Positions 35,299 through 47,316 of a DNA stretch of 64,000 bases are shown here, one piece after another. The stretch covers positions 29,296,102-29,360,101 of the forward strand of contig NC_068989.1 of the NCBI RefSeq assembly GCF_001194135.2. The letters are read 5' to 3'. Made by a program: the position numbers and the translations under genes. The notes below the pieces were generated by a model. That model was given only the letters and a program-made list of their open reading frames with translations. It did not search any database and was not told the origin of the DNA. Source of the stretch: Octopus bimaculoides. Taxonomy: Eukaryota. Every line of letters begins with the position of its first letter. The stretch's first letter is position 1.

Positions 35299-36639
35299 GT
35301 TTGTATATGTTTGTGTAGGTGTGTGTGATTGTAATAATTATTTTTACCAAAACAGCGAGAATATGGATAGTAAATCAACTTAATACACTTGTGGTTGTCT
35401 TTTGAGATGTGACGTCAATCATTGTTTGTTACTGAAAGAATGCTGCTTCACACATTCAAACATTGACATACTTTCCTTGTACACCCACACACATACCTAC
35501 ATATACTCAGACAGAATTGAAACTCTGATTTTTCTTTTCAGCCTTGAATGTTCACCATCCCACTTCCATTGCACACACACACACACACACATTCACACGA
35601 CACCCTCTTACATACGCACACATATATTCACACAGTTGAAACGCTGTTTGATTGTTTTTTTTTCACCATAGAACTTCCATCATCCCACTACCAAGTTTGC
35701 CATCACCCCTCCCTTCCTTATTCGTCTGTTACTCCTTCCTTTCTCTTTCATATGTTGTGACGGGGAAATACACAAGAGTATTATTATAGTAGATACTAAG
35801 TTGATAGATTGTAGAAGTGGTTACTCATAGTAAGTACTTAGTTATGTCCCTTTGTTTATGAATTTAAATCCTGTGAAGCCTTTTCTTTGCTTTTTCTTCT
35901 TTCAGACGTTTTTAAATAATTACAGGTCAGAATTTGTTATCAATTTAATTGGACATGTTCTCTGTGAGAATTTCCTTAGTTTTGTGCACAAATATGAAAT
36001 TATTATAATTATAATTTTTATTACTATTTTGTTGAACTCTTCCTCCCAGCATTTCCGTTTTAAAATGTAATGGAGTTGTTGTTCATTTTTAAAGGTTTAC
36101 TATGAAATATTTTTTGTCTCTAATTTATTTGATGTTGTGAACGAGTTAACTTGAAACTGAAAGCTGTTAATTCTGTAATTTAAAATAAATTCCAATAGTG
36201 TTAGTTTTGCTATGTTGCTTGCACACATGGGCGAAATTTATGTAGAAAGGTTATTATTGAAATAGGGTTAGGGATATATAGCACAAACAGTATTTTGTGC
36301 ATTGCAATAGCATGTAATAATTTTTAGCAAATTAACTCAGATCACTCTGTACACTTAAACAGTTAATACTGAAAGAAGAATTTTAATTAAGTCAGTTAAA
36401 TTTTTTCCAAAATAATCTAAACTCTGAACCTATTAGTTCAAAACCTTTAAAATAACTAATAAAAGGAGCAATGACAAAAATATGAATCTTTTTTCTCTGT
36501 GTGCAGGAAAGAGAAATTTAGTTGAAGGAAATCGCAAATCTAGTACTTTGGCATTTAGCATTAGAAACAAATGTCTCCACTTGTATGATGGTGACACTTA
36601 TTTACAACTATTAAGCAATGTCGAGACAATGTGACTCAT

Positions 36640-36790
36640 ACACACATACAAATGTCATCTTTCAATTCCTGTTTACCAATCCACTCACAAGGATTTTGAT
36701 ACTTGCCCAAGTTGCCACACTTTGAGACTGAATCCAAAACCACATTGTTGAGAATTAAACTTCTTAACCTCACAGCCATGCCTGTACCTA
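36640..36790 (-). mobile_element. Partial SINE (family B-like head)
   Basis: tcctgtttaccaatccactcacaagga..gatacttgcccaag..cttaacctcacagccatgcctgtacc. Confidence 0.6.
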
Positions 36791-38309
36791 TTTGGTATTT
36801 ATAAAAAGGTATAAATTTCTCTAGGCCTAGTGTTGTGTTAAAATTTTTTTTTAAATTACAAAAATGGGACTCCATTATCTGAAAGGAAAAACTAAATTGA
36901 AAAAATCTATTTTGTGTGAAGTCAGTTTGTAAATGTTATTTCACTGCTTTAGTTTTGTTCTTGTTACTATCTACAAACAATAAGACTATAGATTAGGTGT
37001 GCTTATTAGAATAAACTGTAGCAACAAAAAAGTTGTGTCAGCAAATGCTAAGTATATACTGTTATATCTGATGAAGCATTGCAAGAAAATGACCTATCAA
37101 AATACAAAAAAACATATTTTGAATTTGTTCCCCTAGTAAAATCTTCTGAAAGTTTTGCACATTATGTAGCCTATTGGTAATTCAGAAACCCAACTGTAAG
37201 TTCAGTGGTTTGTGAGTCTTAGGACTGAAGCTAAAATAGTTGAGATCTATACTACATCCATTGTGGAGTGAAGGAAAGTCTTACAGAGGATTGAATTTTC
37301 ATCGGAGTTTATTTAATTAGGTTACTTCATTAATATTGTTGAACCAATCTAGCCTGGTTCTATTTAAAATATTATTTGGAGTAGGTTATCAAGGCCCTCA
37401 CCATCAGCAAAATATTTTATTTACAAGAGGAACTTAATATTAGTGAACAAATGTTGTGTAGAACAAGCAGACTTATGATCAAAGACACTCCAGTCATAGT
37501 AACTAGAGCCATCCTCTTATTTTCTGTGGGACATTTTGTCTACATTTGATCTACATTATCTAATGTGTCCTTTTTTTAGGATAGTAGGATATGATGTGAG
37601 GTGAGTAATCCTAGAAGTTTCCTTGTTGATTTCTATTAGTTGTTAGTGTAGAGTTGAAGTACACAATAGGTAGAATATGATTTCAGCTAAATTTGTATCT
37701 CTCTGAAAACACTTGGTGCATGTACTGATGTAACTAATATGGGAACATGAGTGGCAGGCATTGCTGTATGATTAAGTTTACATATAACCTACATTTAAAA
37801 AGATGGGATTGAAATTTGAGGTAGGGAAGAGATAAAGGTGACCTGAAAAGAAGAGGTAGTAGGTATGGATGTAGTGAAGGTAGTTAGAAATATTCAGACC
37901 GAAAAGATTTTATAAGTTGTAATGTTATGGGTGCTATTGTATATATGATTTTATAGTTTCTAGGGGGTATATAATTAGTCAGGAGACTTACATACATAAA
38001 GTCATTACAAATATACATGATATGATCAGTAGGGTGGAAAAAATAGTGTAATCATCAAAAATATGATGAAGTCAGACTAACTAGACAGGAATTACCATGG
38101 GATAGTAATTACATATAGCACACCACATACTATAACACATAGCTTATAACATATGCAATACAATTTAATTCACCATATACCATATCCCATGACTTTATTA
38201 TATTGAACGCTAGTGGGTAGGTTTATAACGGATATGACACCAAAATTAATTTCCACCATCAAAATTTGAGTATGGCACCTATAATTGCTTTTATATATAT
38301 ATATGTATA

Positions 38310-39234
38310 TATCATCATCATCATCGTTTAACGTCCGCTTTCCATGCTAGCACGGGTTGGACGATTTGACTGAGGACTGGTGAAACCAGATGGCTACACC
38401 AGGCTCCAATCTGATTTGGCAGAGTTTCTACAGCTGGATGCCCTTCCTAACGGCAACCACTCTGAGAGTGTAGTGGGTGCTTTTACGTGCTACCAGCACG
38501 AAGACCAGTCAGGCGGTACTGGCAACAGCCACTCTCAAAATGGTGTATTTTATGTGCCACCCGCACAATACGGGTGACTAGGCTATAGCCGACACTGCCA
38601 GATATTTTGAGCATCTCTGCAGTGATTCTTGATGGGCCGGGGGCTTTCCCTGTCCTCATACTCTTAATTGTTTTATCTACCATGGTACTGTCAACTCAGA
38701 TAGCTGGTCCCTCTTTTGGGTCAACATTTGGCAGACTCTCTTTCTCCCATTCATTCCCTTTATTGAGCAACCTTTCATAGTGACGTCTCAAAACTTCTCT
38801 CTTTGCAGCCTTATTTAGTGCAAGCGTACCATCATCCATACGAACACATTTCTCTCCTACGACATCACTATTCTCTCTCCTACTCTGTCTTGCAACACGA
38901 AATACCTCTTTGGTCCTCATGGCGCAGAACATTGGCAAATTTTTTCTTATCTGCTTGCCCTCGGCTAAATAAACCTGTCTCCTAGCTTCCCTTCTGGCAG
39001 TCTGGTACAATTCCCTGCTACCACCGTTCTTCCAATCCTGTTTCTTTTGTCTAATAGCCCTGTCTACCTCCTTGTTCCACCACCACATTATTTTGGGTCG
39101 AGAGGGGACTTTACACCAGCCACAGATCTGGTCGGTGGCTCTCAGCAGGTTGTCCCGCAGAAATCTCCAATTGTCTTCCACGTTGTATGATGCTATATCC
39201 CCTTCTATTTCGTCAAATGCTTCGAGTAACATGT

Positions 39235-39236
<2 letters not shown>
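38310..39236 (-). mobile_element. RTE LINE, 5' truncated with a ~1.9-kb internal deletion, inserted in (TA)n
   Basis: ORF LLEAFDEIEG..KAPGPSRITAEMLKISG..SLVTRIV joins the 3'UTR at ~38568. (ATC)n tail at 38310-38325. Confidence 0.93.
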
Positions 39237-39283
<47 letters not shown>

Positions 39284-39313
39284 ATATATAAATAAACAAA
39301 CGACAGGAGGTGA

Positions 39314-39399
39314 TGTAGTACGACAGTTTCAAGCAACTCCTTTTAATTGAACAATGCAATCATTACATCAATTTAAATGCATGGCTATCCTCAGCTGCA
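39314..39399 (-). ncRNA. Degenerate type-I hammerhead-ribozyme-like motif (Penelope-associated type)
   Basis: The minus strand reads TGCAG CTGAGGA TAGC..(~55 nt)..GCTT GAAA C TGTC GTA CTACA. Confidence 0.55.
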
Positions 39400-40098
39400 T
39401 AAATAAATAGAATTTTTTAATCAGTTGGACACATTAATATAATTTTACTCAAATTCTCTAAAAGAGCAAGAAGAGGGAGAAAGTCCATGTTGTTACTCAT
39501 GTAACTCAGAATATACTATGCTTCTAAGAACTGTATGAAGTTTGTTAGGTTCATAGTTTGTAAATGATTGTGGTTCACTTAAAATTTATTAGTCTTTATT
39601 TTTATCAACTACCAAATCTAAGGGTAGAGGACAGTGTCTGTTTAGAATGGATAGACAGAGTGAGTTGACAGTTTATAGCTGGGTATGGTCATAAATATTG
39701 TCAGGATATAGAAAATGTATAAGTAACTGTCTATAAAGGAGGCTGGGTAGGAGAAAACCCTAAATCAAGATGTTAATTACCAGTTAAAGGAGCAAGACGC
39801 TAATAAAACCTATGATGTTATTACAGAGGAAATTATCATGGGGTACAATGGATGATGGTATATAAACAATATTGTTATGTTGTATGAAGATAAAATTTAA
39901 GATTACTAAAAATGATATTATAACCAGAATAGATAAACTATGCATATATACCAATTTTCAACATTAAAAAGGGAAGATTACATAGAACTAGTTTAATATT
40001 CATTCCTGTGCTTAATTATTTACTTATAAGTTGGTTTCTATAAAAATTGCTCTGGGTATTTACTTATGGAATACTGGGGCAATAAATCATGCTATCTT

Positions 40099-43000
40099 TA
40101 TCATCATCATCATCATTGTTTAACGTCCGCTTTCCATGCTAGCATGGGTTGGACGATTTGACTGAGGACTGGTGAGCCACATGGCTACACCAGGCTCCAA
40201 TCTGATTTGGCAGAGTTTCTACAGCTGGATACCCTTCCTAACGCCAACCACTCTGAGAGAGTAGTGAGTGCTTTTACATGTCACCGGCACGAGGGCCAGT
40301 CAAGCGGTATTGGCAACGGCCACTCTCAAAATGGTGTATTTTATGTGCCACCTGCACAGGAGCCAGTCCAGCAGCACTGGTAACGACCTCGCTCAAATGT
40401 CGTTTTGTGTGTCACCGGCACAAGTGCCAGGAAGGTGACGCCGGTAACGATCACACTCAAATGGTGCTATTTACGTGCCACTGGCACGAAAGCCAGGCAG
40501 CTGCTCTGGCAACGATCAAGCTCGGATGGTGCTCTTAGCGCTCCACTGGTACAGGTGCCACCACGATTTCGCTTTCACTTGCTCCAACAGGTCTTTGCAA
40601 GCCAAGTTTAGTGTCCAATGAAGGAGACGTTGGCATGGGTGCCAGTCGTCGAATTTAGTTCGATTTCAATTTCACTAGCCTCAACAGGTCTTCGCAAGCA
40701 GAGTTTAGTGTCCAATGAGGGAAAGGTACGCATAAGTGGGCTGGCTACACCCCTGGCAGAGGCCTTGGATTATGGTCTCACTTGGCTTGCCGGGTCTTCT
40801 CACGCATAGCATATTTCCAAAGACCTCGGTCAGATGTCATTGACTCGGTGATGCCTAATGTTCGAAGGTCATGCTTCACCACCTCATCCCAGGTCTTCCT
40901 GGGTCTACCTCATCCACAGGTTCCCTCAACTTCTAGGGTGTGGCACTTTTTCACACAGCTATCCTCATCCATTCTTGCCACATGACCATACCAGCACAGT
41001 CGTCTCTCTGATGCTTCTTAGATTCGACTTTTCTCTCAAGGTACTTACACTCTGTCGAGTATGCACACTGACATTACACATCCATCGGAGCATACTGGCT
41101 TCATTCCTTGCGAGCTTACGCATGTCCTCAGTAGTCACAGCCCATGTTTCACTGCCATGTAGCATGGCTGTTTGGACACATGCGTCATACAGTCTTCCTT
41201 TTACTCTGAGTGAGAGGCCCCTTGTCACCAGCTGAGGTAAGAGCTCTCTGAACTTTGCTCAGGCTATTCTTATTGTAGCAGTTACATTTTCAGCGCCCCC
41301 TCTCCCACTACTATCTTGGTCACCTAGATAGCAGAAGCTATCAACTACATCTAGTTTTTTTTCCCTGGAATGTGGCAGATGTTGTTTTCTGCACATTTTC
41401 AGTGTTTATTGCTCCTGAACATCTACCACATACAAAAACTAACTTCCTAGTTAACCTTCCATTGATATTGCTGCACGTCTTATGTGTCCATAGCTTACAT
41501 TGGGCACATCTTATAGAGTTTCACCTACGCATTTTCTACAGATCGAGTAGGGCCATCTACCTGAAGGGGTTTGTGTTTTGTCTACCTTCCTACTTATTAG
41601 GACTTTGGTTTTAGCTAGGTTGACTCAAAGGTCCTTCGATTCTAGTCCTTGCTTTCACACCTGAAACTTCTCCTCTAGTTCTGATAGTGACTCCGCAATT
41701 AGTGCAAGGTCATCAGCATACAGGAGCTCCCAGGGGCATCGTGTCTTGAATTCCTGTGTTATTGCTTGGAGGACTATGATAAATAGGAGGGGGATGAGGA
41801 CTGAACATTGGTGGACCCCTGCCTCTACCCAGAATTCTTCACTGTACTGATTGCCAACCCTCACCTTACTGACAGCGTCTCTGTACATGGCTCGCACAGC
41901 TCTCACTAACCATTCTTATATCCCTAGTTTCCTCATTGACCACCAGATAAGGGATCGGGGGGACCCTGTCAAAGGCTTTCTCTATATCAACGAAAGCCAG
42001 GTACAGAGGTTTATCTTTGGCTATGTATTTCTCCTACAGCTGCCTTACCAGAAATATAGCATCAGTGGTGTTTTTCCCTGGCACGAACCCAAACTGTATC
42101 TCATCTAAACTGGCTCTTTCCCTAATTAGTTGGGCTATGACTCTCTCCGTGACTTTCATTACCTGATCTAACAACTTGATACCTCTGTAATTATTTGTAT
42201 CTAAAGCGTCACTTTTACCTTTGTAACAGTTGACTATGGTGCTGCTACACCAGTCATTGGGTATGAGTCCTTTGTGTATCACCTGGTTAACAATACGGGT
42301 GACTAGGCTATAGCCGACACTGCCAGATATTTTGATCATCTCTGTAGTGATTCCTGATGGGCTGGGGGCTTTCCCTGTCTTCATACTCTTAATTGCTTTA
42401 TCTACCATGGTACTGTCAATTCGGATAGTTGGTCCCTCTATTGGGTCAACATTTGGCAGACTCTCTTTCTCACATTCATTCTCTTTATTGAGCAACCTTT
42501 CGCAGTGGCGTCTCAAAACCTCTTTCTTTGCAGCCTCATTTAGTGCAAGCGTACCATCATCCATGCAAACACATTTCTCTCCCACGACATCACTTTTCTC
42601 TCTCACACGCTGTCTTGCAACATGAAATACCTCAAGTCTTTGTCCTCACGGCGCAGAACATTGGCAAATTTTTTCTTATCTGCTTCCCCTCTGGCTAAAT
42701 AAACCTGTCTCCTAGCTTCCCTTCTGGCAGTCTGATACAATTCCCTGCTACTACCGTTCTTCCAGTCCTTCCAAGCCTGTTTGTTTTGTCTAATAGCCCT
42801 GTTAACAACATTGTTCCACCACCACGTTATTTTGGGTCGAGAGGGGACTTTGCACCATCCACAGATCTGGTCAATGGCCCTCAGCAGNNNNNNNNNNGAC
42901 TTTGCACCATCCACAGATCTGGTCAATGGCCCTCAGCAGGTTGTCCCGTAGAAACCTCCAGTTGTCTTCTACATCATGTGAAGCTATATCCCCTTGTATT

Positions 43001-44230
43001 TCGTCAAAGGCTTTGAGTAATATGTCTCTGAATCTCTGTCCATTCGCAGAATCTTTGAGCTTCCCGACTCTTCTCCTCCACTTAGGCAACCACTTAGGAT
43101 GTAGTCAATTTGGCTAGTGTGTCTGCCAGAATGGTAGGTGACTAGTTGACTGGCAGGTTTCCTGAAGTTAGTATTGCAAACCATAAGGTCATTTGCATCA
43201 CAGAACTCCAGCAGCCTGATTCCCTCTTCATTGCGGGAACCAAAACCATAGCCTCTATGTACGCCATAGAAGCCCCCTGAATGTTGTCCAACATGTCCGT
43301 TGAAGTCACCAGCCACAAAGAGAAGGTCCCTGTCATTCGTCAACGAGGTAGTCTGCAAGAGGGTGTCATAAAATCAGTCTTTCTGTCCATCAGGTAGCCC
43401 GGGCTGAGGAGCATAGGCCGAGATAATGGTTGCTAACCCATGGTGAAGGACTGATCTAATCTTAAGTATTCTATTGCATACTCTGGCTATCTTGATTACC
43501 TTATCCACCCATTTCTCCGCAAGAAGTATACCCACGCCCTCGACCCTGTCTGTGTTCCCTGCCCAGAAAATCTTGTACCTGTGTTCTTTGCCTGTGAGGA
43601 ACCTAGCGGAACCTCCTCTCCACCTTACTTCTTGGAGGCAGCAGATATCGACACATCTCCGTTCAAGCATCTCAACAATCTCACCAGACCTACCTTTCAG
43701 TGTGCCGATGTTGAGAGTGCCAACCCTGAGGGTGTGGGAGGTATGGGCCTGTGAGACCCTGGGGCGGGGAACTGCAGCGTCATGTACCTGAAAAGAAAGC
43801 TCGCATTTTGCAGAATTCATAAACAATCAGTAGCCTTCATTTCAACCTGCATCCACTACACTATCATATTTTGCACTATATAATCACTACCTTATATAGG
43901 AGGAGATAAACCCTAAGTAGGGGTGGGGGCTGGCGTGAAGCCTTTAGAAGTGTTCATGGGAGACAGCCAGGAACTTCCGGTACTGGTGGAGAGGATAGGA
44001 AGTTCCGGTACTGGTAGAAGGTTGGGCAGGCGGGTGCACCTCTGGCATAGTGCTGCAAAGGTATTTAGGTCAAGTGGGGGAATCGGGGTGCATGCATTAG
44101 TTTATAGTCCTGGCAAAACAAGAGGTAATCGTAAGAGGGAGAACGAGAGAGAGAGTGAGATCGAGAGAGACAGTAAGGCAGAGAGGGTTAGGGTTAGTGG
44201 CCAGAACACGAGGGAGAGAGGGAGAGAGAT
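40099..44230 (-). mobile_element. Near full-length RTE LINE including 5'UTR (inactivated)
   Basis: MNSAKCELSFQVHDAAVPRP..LRVGTLNIGTLKGRSGEIVEMLERRCVDICCLQEVRW (APE start), RT motifs, C-terminus, 3'UTR and (GAT)n tail at 40099-40116. It has frameshifts, a deletion at ~43095 and a 10-N gap. Confidence 0.95.
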
Positions 44231-44833
44231 ATTCTTTTGGGATTTCTGTTGCATAGTTTAAAGAGACAGTAAATATTGAATGGTAGAAATATAGAATTGA
44301 GAAATAAGAGTTTTCGGTCAGCTAATCTAAGACAGAATTATAGAGATAAGTAACTGTGTAATAAAAATAAAAATTGAATAACTTGAATAAGTGAATGAGT
44401 CTGACGACATGGTAATGGACAACTGAAATGAATTAGACGACATAGTAAGGAAACAGACAGAATAGTGAAAGCACTAAGTAAGGTGTTATGAATCAGTGCA
44501 TAAATAGATTCATAACATAGATTTATGTGCTTACTCCGGTGTGTTTTTTAATTGCATGACAATTACATTACTAAGTGTAATAAATGGGTGAGGGTAAAAG
44601 TTATTTTACCATAAATTTATAGAGCAATAAGAAAATGGAGGGGATTAATAGGTGGTATTCATCAACTTATAGACATTATATTATGTCAAATTATTTGTTT
44701 ATTTACTAAAAGGACAATTATAACAATATACAAACACATATGACATATTATGCCCTACATATATGATATAATATAATATATATAAAATATCAGTAATTAT
44801 CAAAATATAACATATAATGAAAGAAATTGGGAT

Positions 44834-44956
44834 ATCTTATGGCTGTTTCAGTCTAGGGGTAAAATACCTCATTCTACCTTTATCACTCCAGTAGACTGAA
44901 GTAATTAGTTGATGAAATAGAGTTATTTGGATGTTACTCTAGGCCTCATCAGAGAT
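44834..44956 (-). ncRNA. Degenerate type-I hammerhead-ribozyme-like motif (second family)
   Basis: The minus strand reads ATCT CTGATGA GGCCTAG..(~82 nt)..CTAGACT GAAA C AGCC ATA AGAT. Confidence 0.55.
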
Positions 44957-45147
44957 TTTATAAAGTACATAAGGTTAAGTTATAAATATAAAAACTCATA
45001 TATATGCATACTTTTATATATACATAAATATGCATAAATATATAAATACATCAATACATATATGTACATACATAAATGTCTATATATGCACACAAATGAA
45101 TCAATTATTATTATTATTAGATGCATTATATTATATAAATTTACTTG

Positions 45148-45495
45148 AGGGATCAGAGTTCTTCAAACGGACAACGTTTCACAGTGAAAAGCAACTCCAC
45201 ATGCTTCGGAGAACCTGATATATGCACTAACCTGCTCTGGGTGTCAAGGGCAATACATCGGCCAAACACAAAGCAGTCTACGTAAAAGGATGGCTCTGCA
45301 CAGAACCCAGATCAAAATTCCCCAAAACTGAAAAATAGCATTCAGCCAACACATCAACATTTGCACCAATAACAAAAATTCAAGCTTCAGATTTTTTCCC
45401 CTCTACCAATTCAGGGACGATACAAGCTGTAGCCAATGAATTAGTAAAGAGACTCTCTTTATTACAAAATATAGATCCCTTTTGAACACATCTAC
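45148..45495 (+). mobile_element. Penelope-like element, GIY-YIG endonuclease 3' fragment
   Basis: TCASENLIYALTCSGCQGQYIGQTQSSLRKRMALHRTQIK..QHINIC..KETLFITKYRSLLN; contains stops. It is followed by a ~240-bp tandem duplication (45520-45930). Confidence 0.88.
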
Positions 45496-46609
45496 AACAA
45501 ACGACATACCCACCATAGCCTTAGAATAACACAAACACACACGAAAATATTAAAAATGATACACTCAAGAGATTCCCATGAATTCATTAAAAAACAGTCC
45601 CAATCACTGCTATTATCCATAACGAGCCACTTTTAGGTCACTTGACCATTTAAAATCCTACTACTATCATACCCTCTACATTCCTTCTTATTCTCCCTTC
45701 TCTTTCTCCTTTGTCTTCTTCCTCTCCGCCACGTCCTTCCTAACTTTACCACTATTGCTGTTTAGAATAACACCTATGCAAATTTTATAAACAAAACATT
45801 CAAAAGAGATGTCTCAAGAATTCAATCACTACTACCATCCACAACAAATCACTTTCAGGGCACTTGACCATTTAACATCCTACTACTATCATGGCACTCT
45901 CGCATTCTCTTCCTCCTTCTCCTTCTTCCCTGCCAAGAATTCACAATGACCTTGAAACCACAAGAGTAAACAAGAGAGACAGAGACAGGCAGAAACAAGA
46001 AAAATGCCCCTTGTATTTGAATACTATGCAAATATTCTTTTAAAAATTTTTCTTTTACAGAGATGTACTTGCATAGCAAGTGACCGGATCTGAGATCGTA
46101 TGCTGGAATGAAAACAATTGCAGCGTGGAAGGTGTTTATANNNNNNNNNNNNNNNNNNNNNNNNNNNNNNNNNNNNNNNNNNNNNNNNNNNNNNNNNNNN
46201 NNNNNNNNNNNNNNNNNNNNNNNNNNNNNNNNNNNNNNNNTATATATATATATATATATACATATGTACATGTATATACACATATATGCGTTTACAAATT
46301 TGTGTTGCAAGATTCCTTATGTGAAGTCATGTGTTGAAATAGATATTGTTGTATTTCATAATAGTTTAAAAAAAAAAAATAAACATAGGTACTGTATATT
46401 CATTCTTCACTCTTTCATCACTGTTCTGATTCCAGTGCCTGGAAATCTTTAGTCACATATTTGTGACCTCCTCAGCAACACTTTCCATCTTTGTGTGTGC
46501 TCTTGCTGTTCTTCCATTCTGTTCTTCTATGATGTATATCTTTATATGCGCATACTTGTGTGTGTGTACATGCATGTGTGTGTGTGTGTGTGTCATTGTT
46601 CTTGGTAAC

Positions 46610-47020
46610 AAGTCACACAGCTGCAAGAGAGGCAAGCCCTGTTCCTTGTGTATCAACATGAGTCAAGCCAATTTCATCAGGAATCATAACAGAAATGTTA
46701 TGATTTATATGGAAGGTGGGATATGCAGAGATTCCCATTTGGTGTTTACAACAGAATGCTCCAAACACAACTTTATTTATGTTGGTTGTACAGCAGAACA
46801 GTTAAACAAAAGATTCAGTGGGCACAGATATGATGTCAGGCACAATAACAGTAGTTCGACAGAACATGCCCAACATTTTACATCAGATGGCTGCAATTTT
46901 GAAAAGATTTGAAAGTGCATAAAATATTCTGAATCTGCTACTTTTTCAGTCCTCAAAATGCATGAGGAGAAATATATTTGTGAGTTATTAACACCACGTC
47001 CTGAAAGAATGTACAAATGA
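46610..47020 (+). mobile_element. Penelope-like GIY-YIG endonuclease fragment (different family)
   Basis: CKRGKPCSLCINM..GGICRDSHLVFTTECSKHNFIYVGCTAEQLNKRFSGHRYDV..HAQHF..LLTPRP. Confidence 0.85.
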
Positions 47021-47316
47021 CAGAGGAATTTCATCATATTTACACAAAACTGTTTGATTAAATATTCTTTTTTTCTTTTCTCTTTTGCCAGTTGTAAAAT
47101 TGAAAGTTGAAGACTGATAATGTCATTTTATCAAAATGGGAACGCAGGTTGCTCTCATTCAAATGTTTGAATTTGAATTTCTATGTATCACTTTTCATTT
47201 TGAATTTGACAAAGACAGGCAAGCTGTCGAAATATTGTTCAAACCAATAAAACATCTATTGCAATCGCATTGTGCTTTTTGTATTGTCTATTATTATTAT
47301 TATTATTATTATTATT

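Larger units (their letters stand above)
31512..35793 (-). mobile_element. Helitron deletion derivative with a nested RTE LINE
   Basis: 5' end A|TCTACTATAATAATAC at 35793; 3' hairpin TGTCAT-TTTTG-ATGGCA then CGGGGCCAG-CTAG|T at 31512. It retains a helicase C-terminal fragment and a ~330-bp internal tandem repeat that the LINE splits. Confidence 0.82.

Noticed and set aside
39780-40000. Possible Penelope RT-like words (GIIMGYN..NIVMLYEDKI) on the + strand
   Set aside because: Too decayed, with multiple stops, to support by eye.
42846-42939. 42-bp direct repeat across a 10-N gap
   Set aside because: An unmerged contig overlap (assembly artefact), not biology.
44391-44455. CTGACGA..GAAA on the + strand
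   Set aside because: Stems I-III do not pair convincingly.
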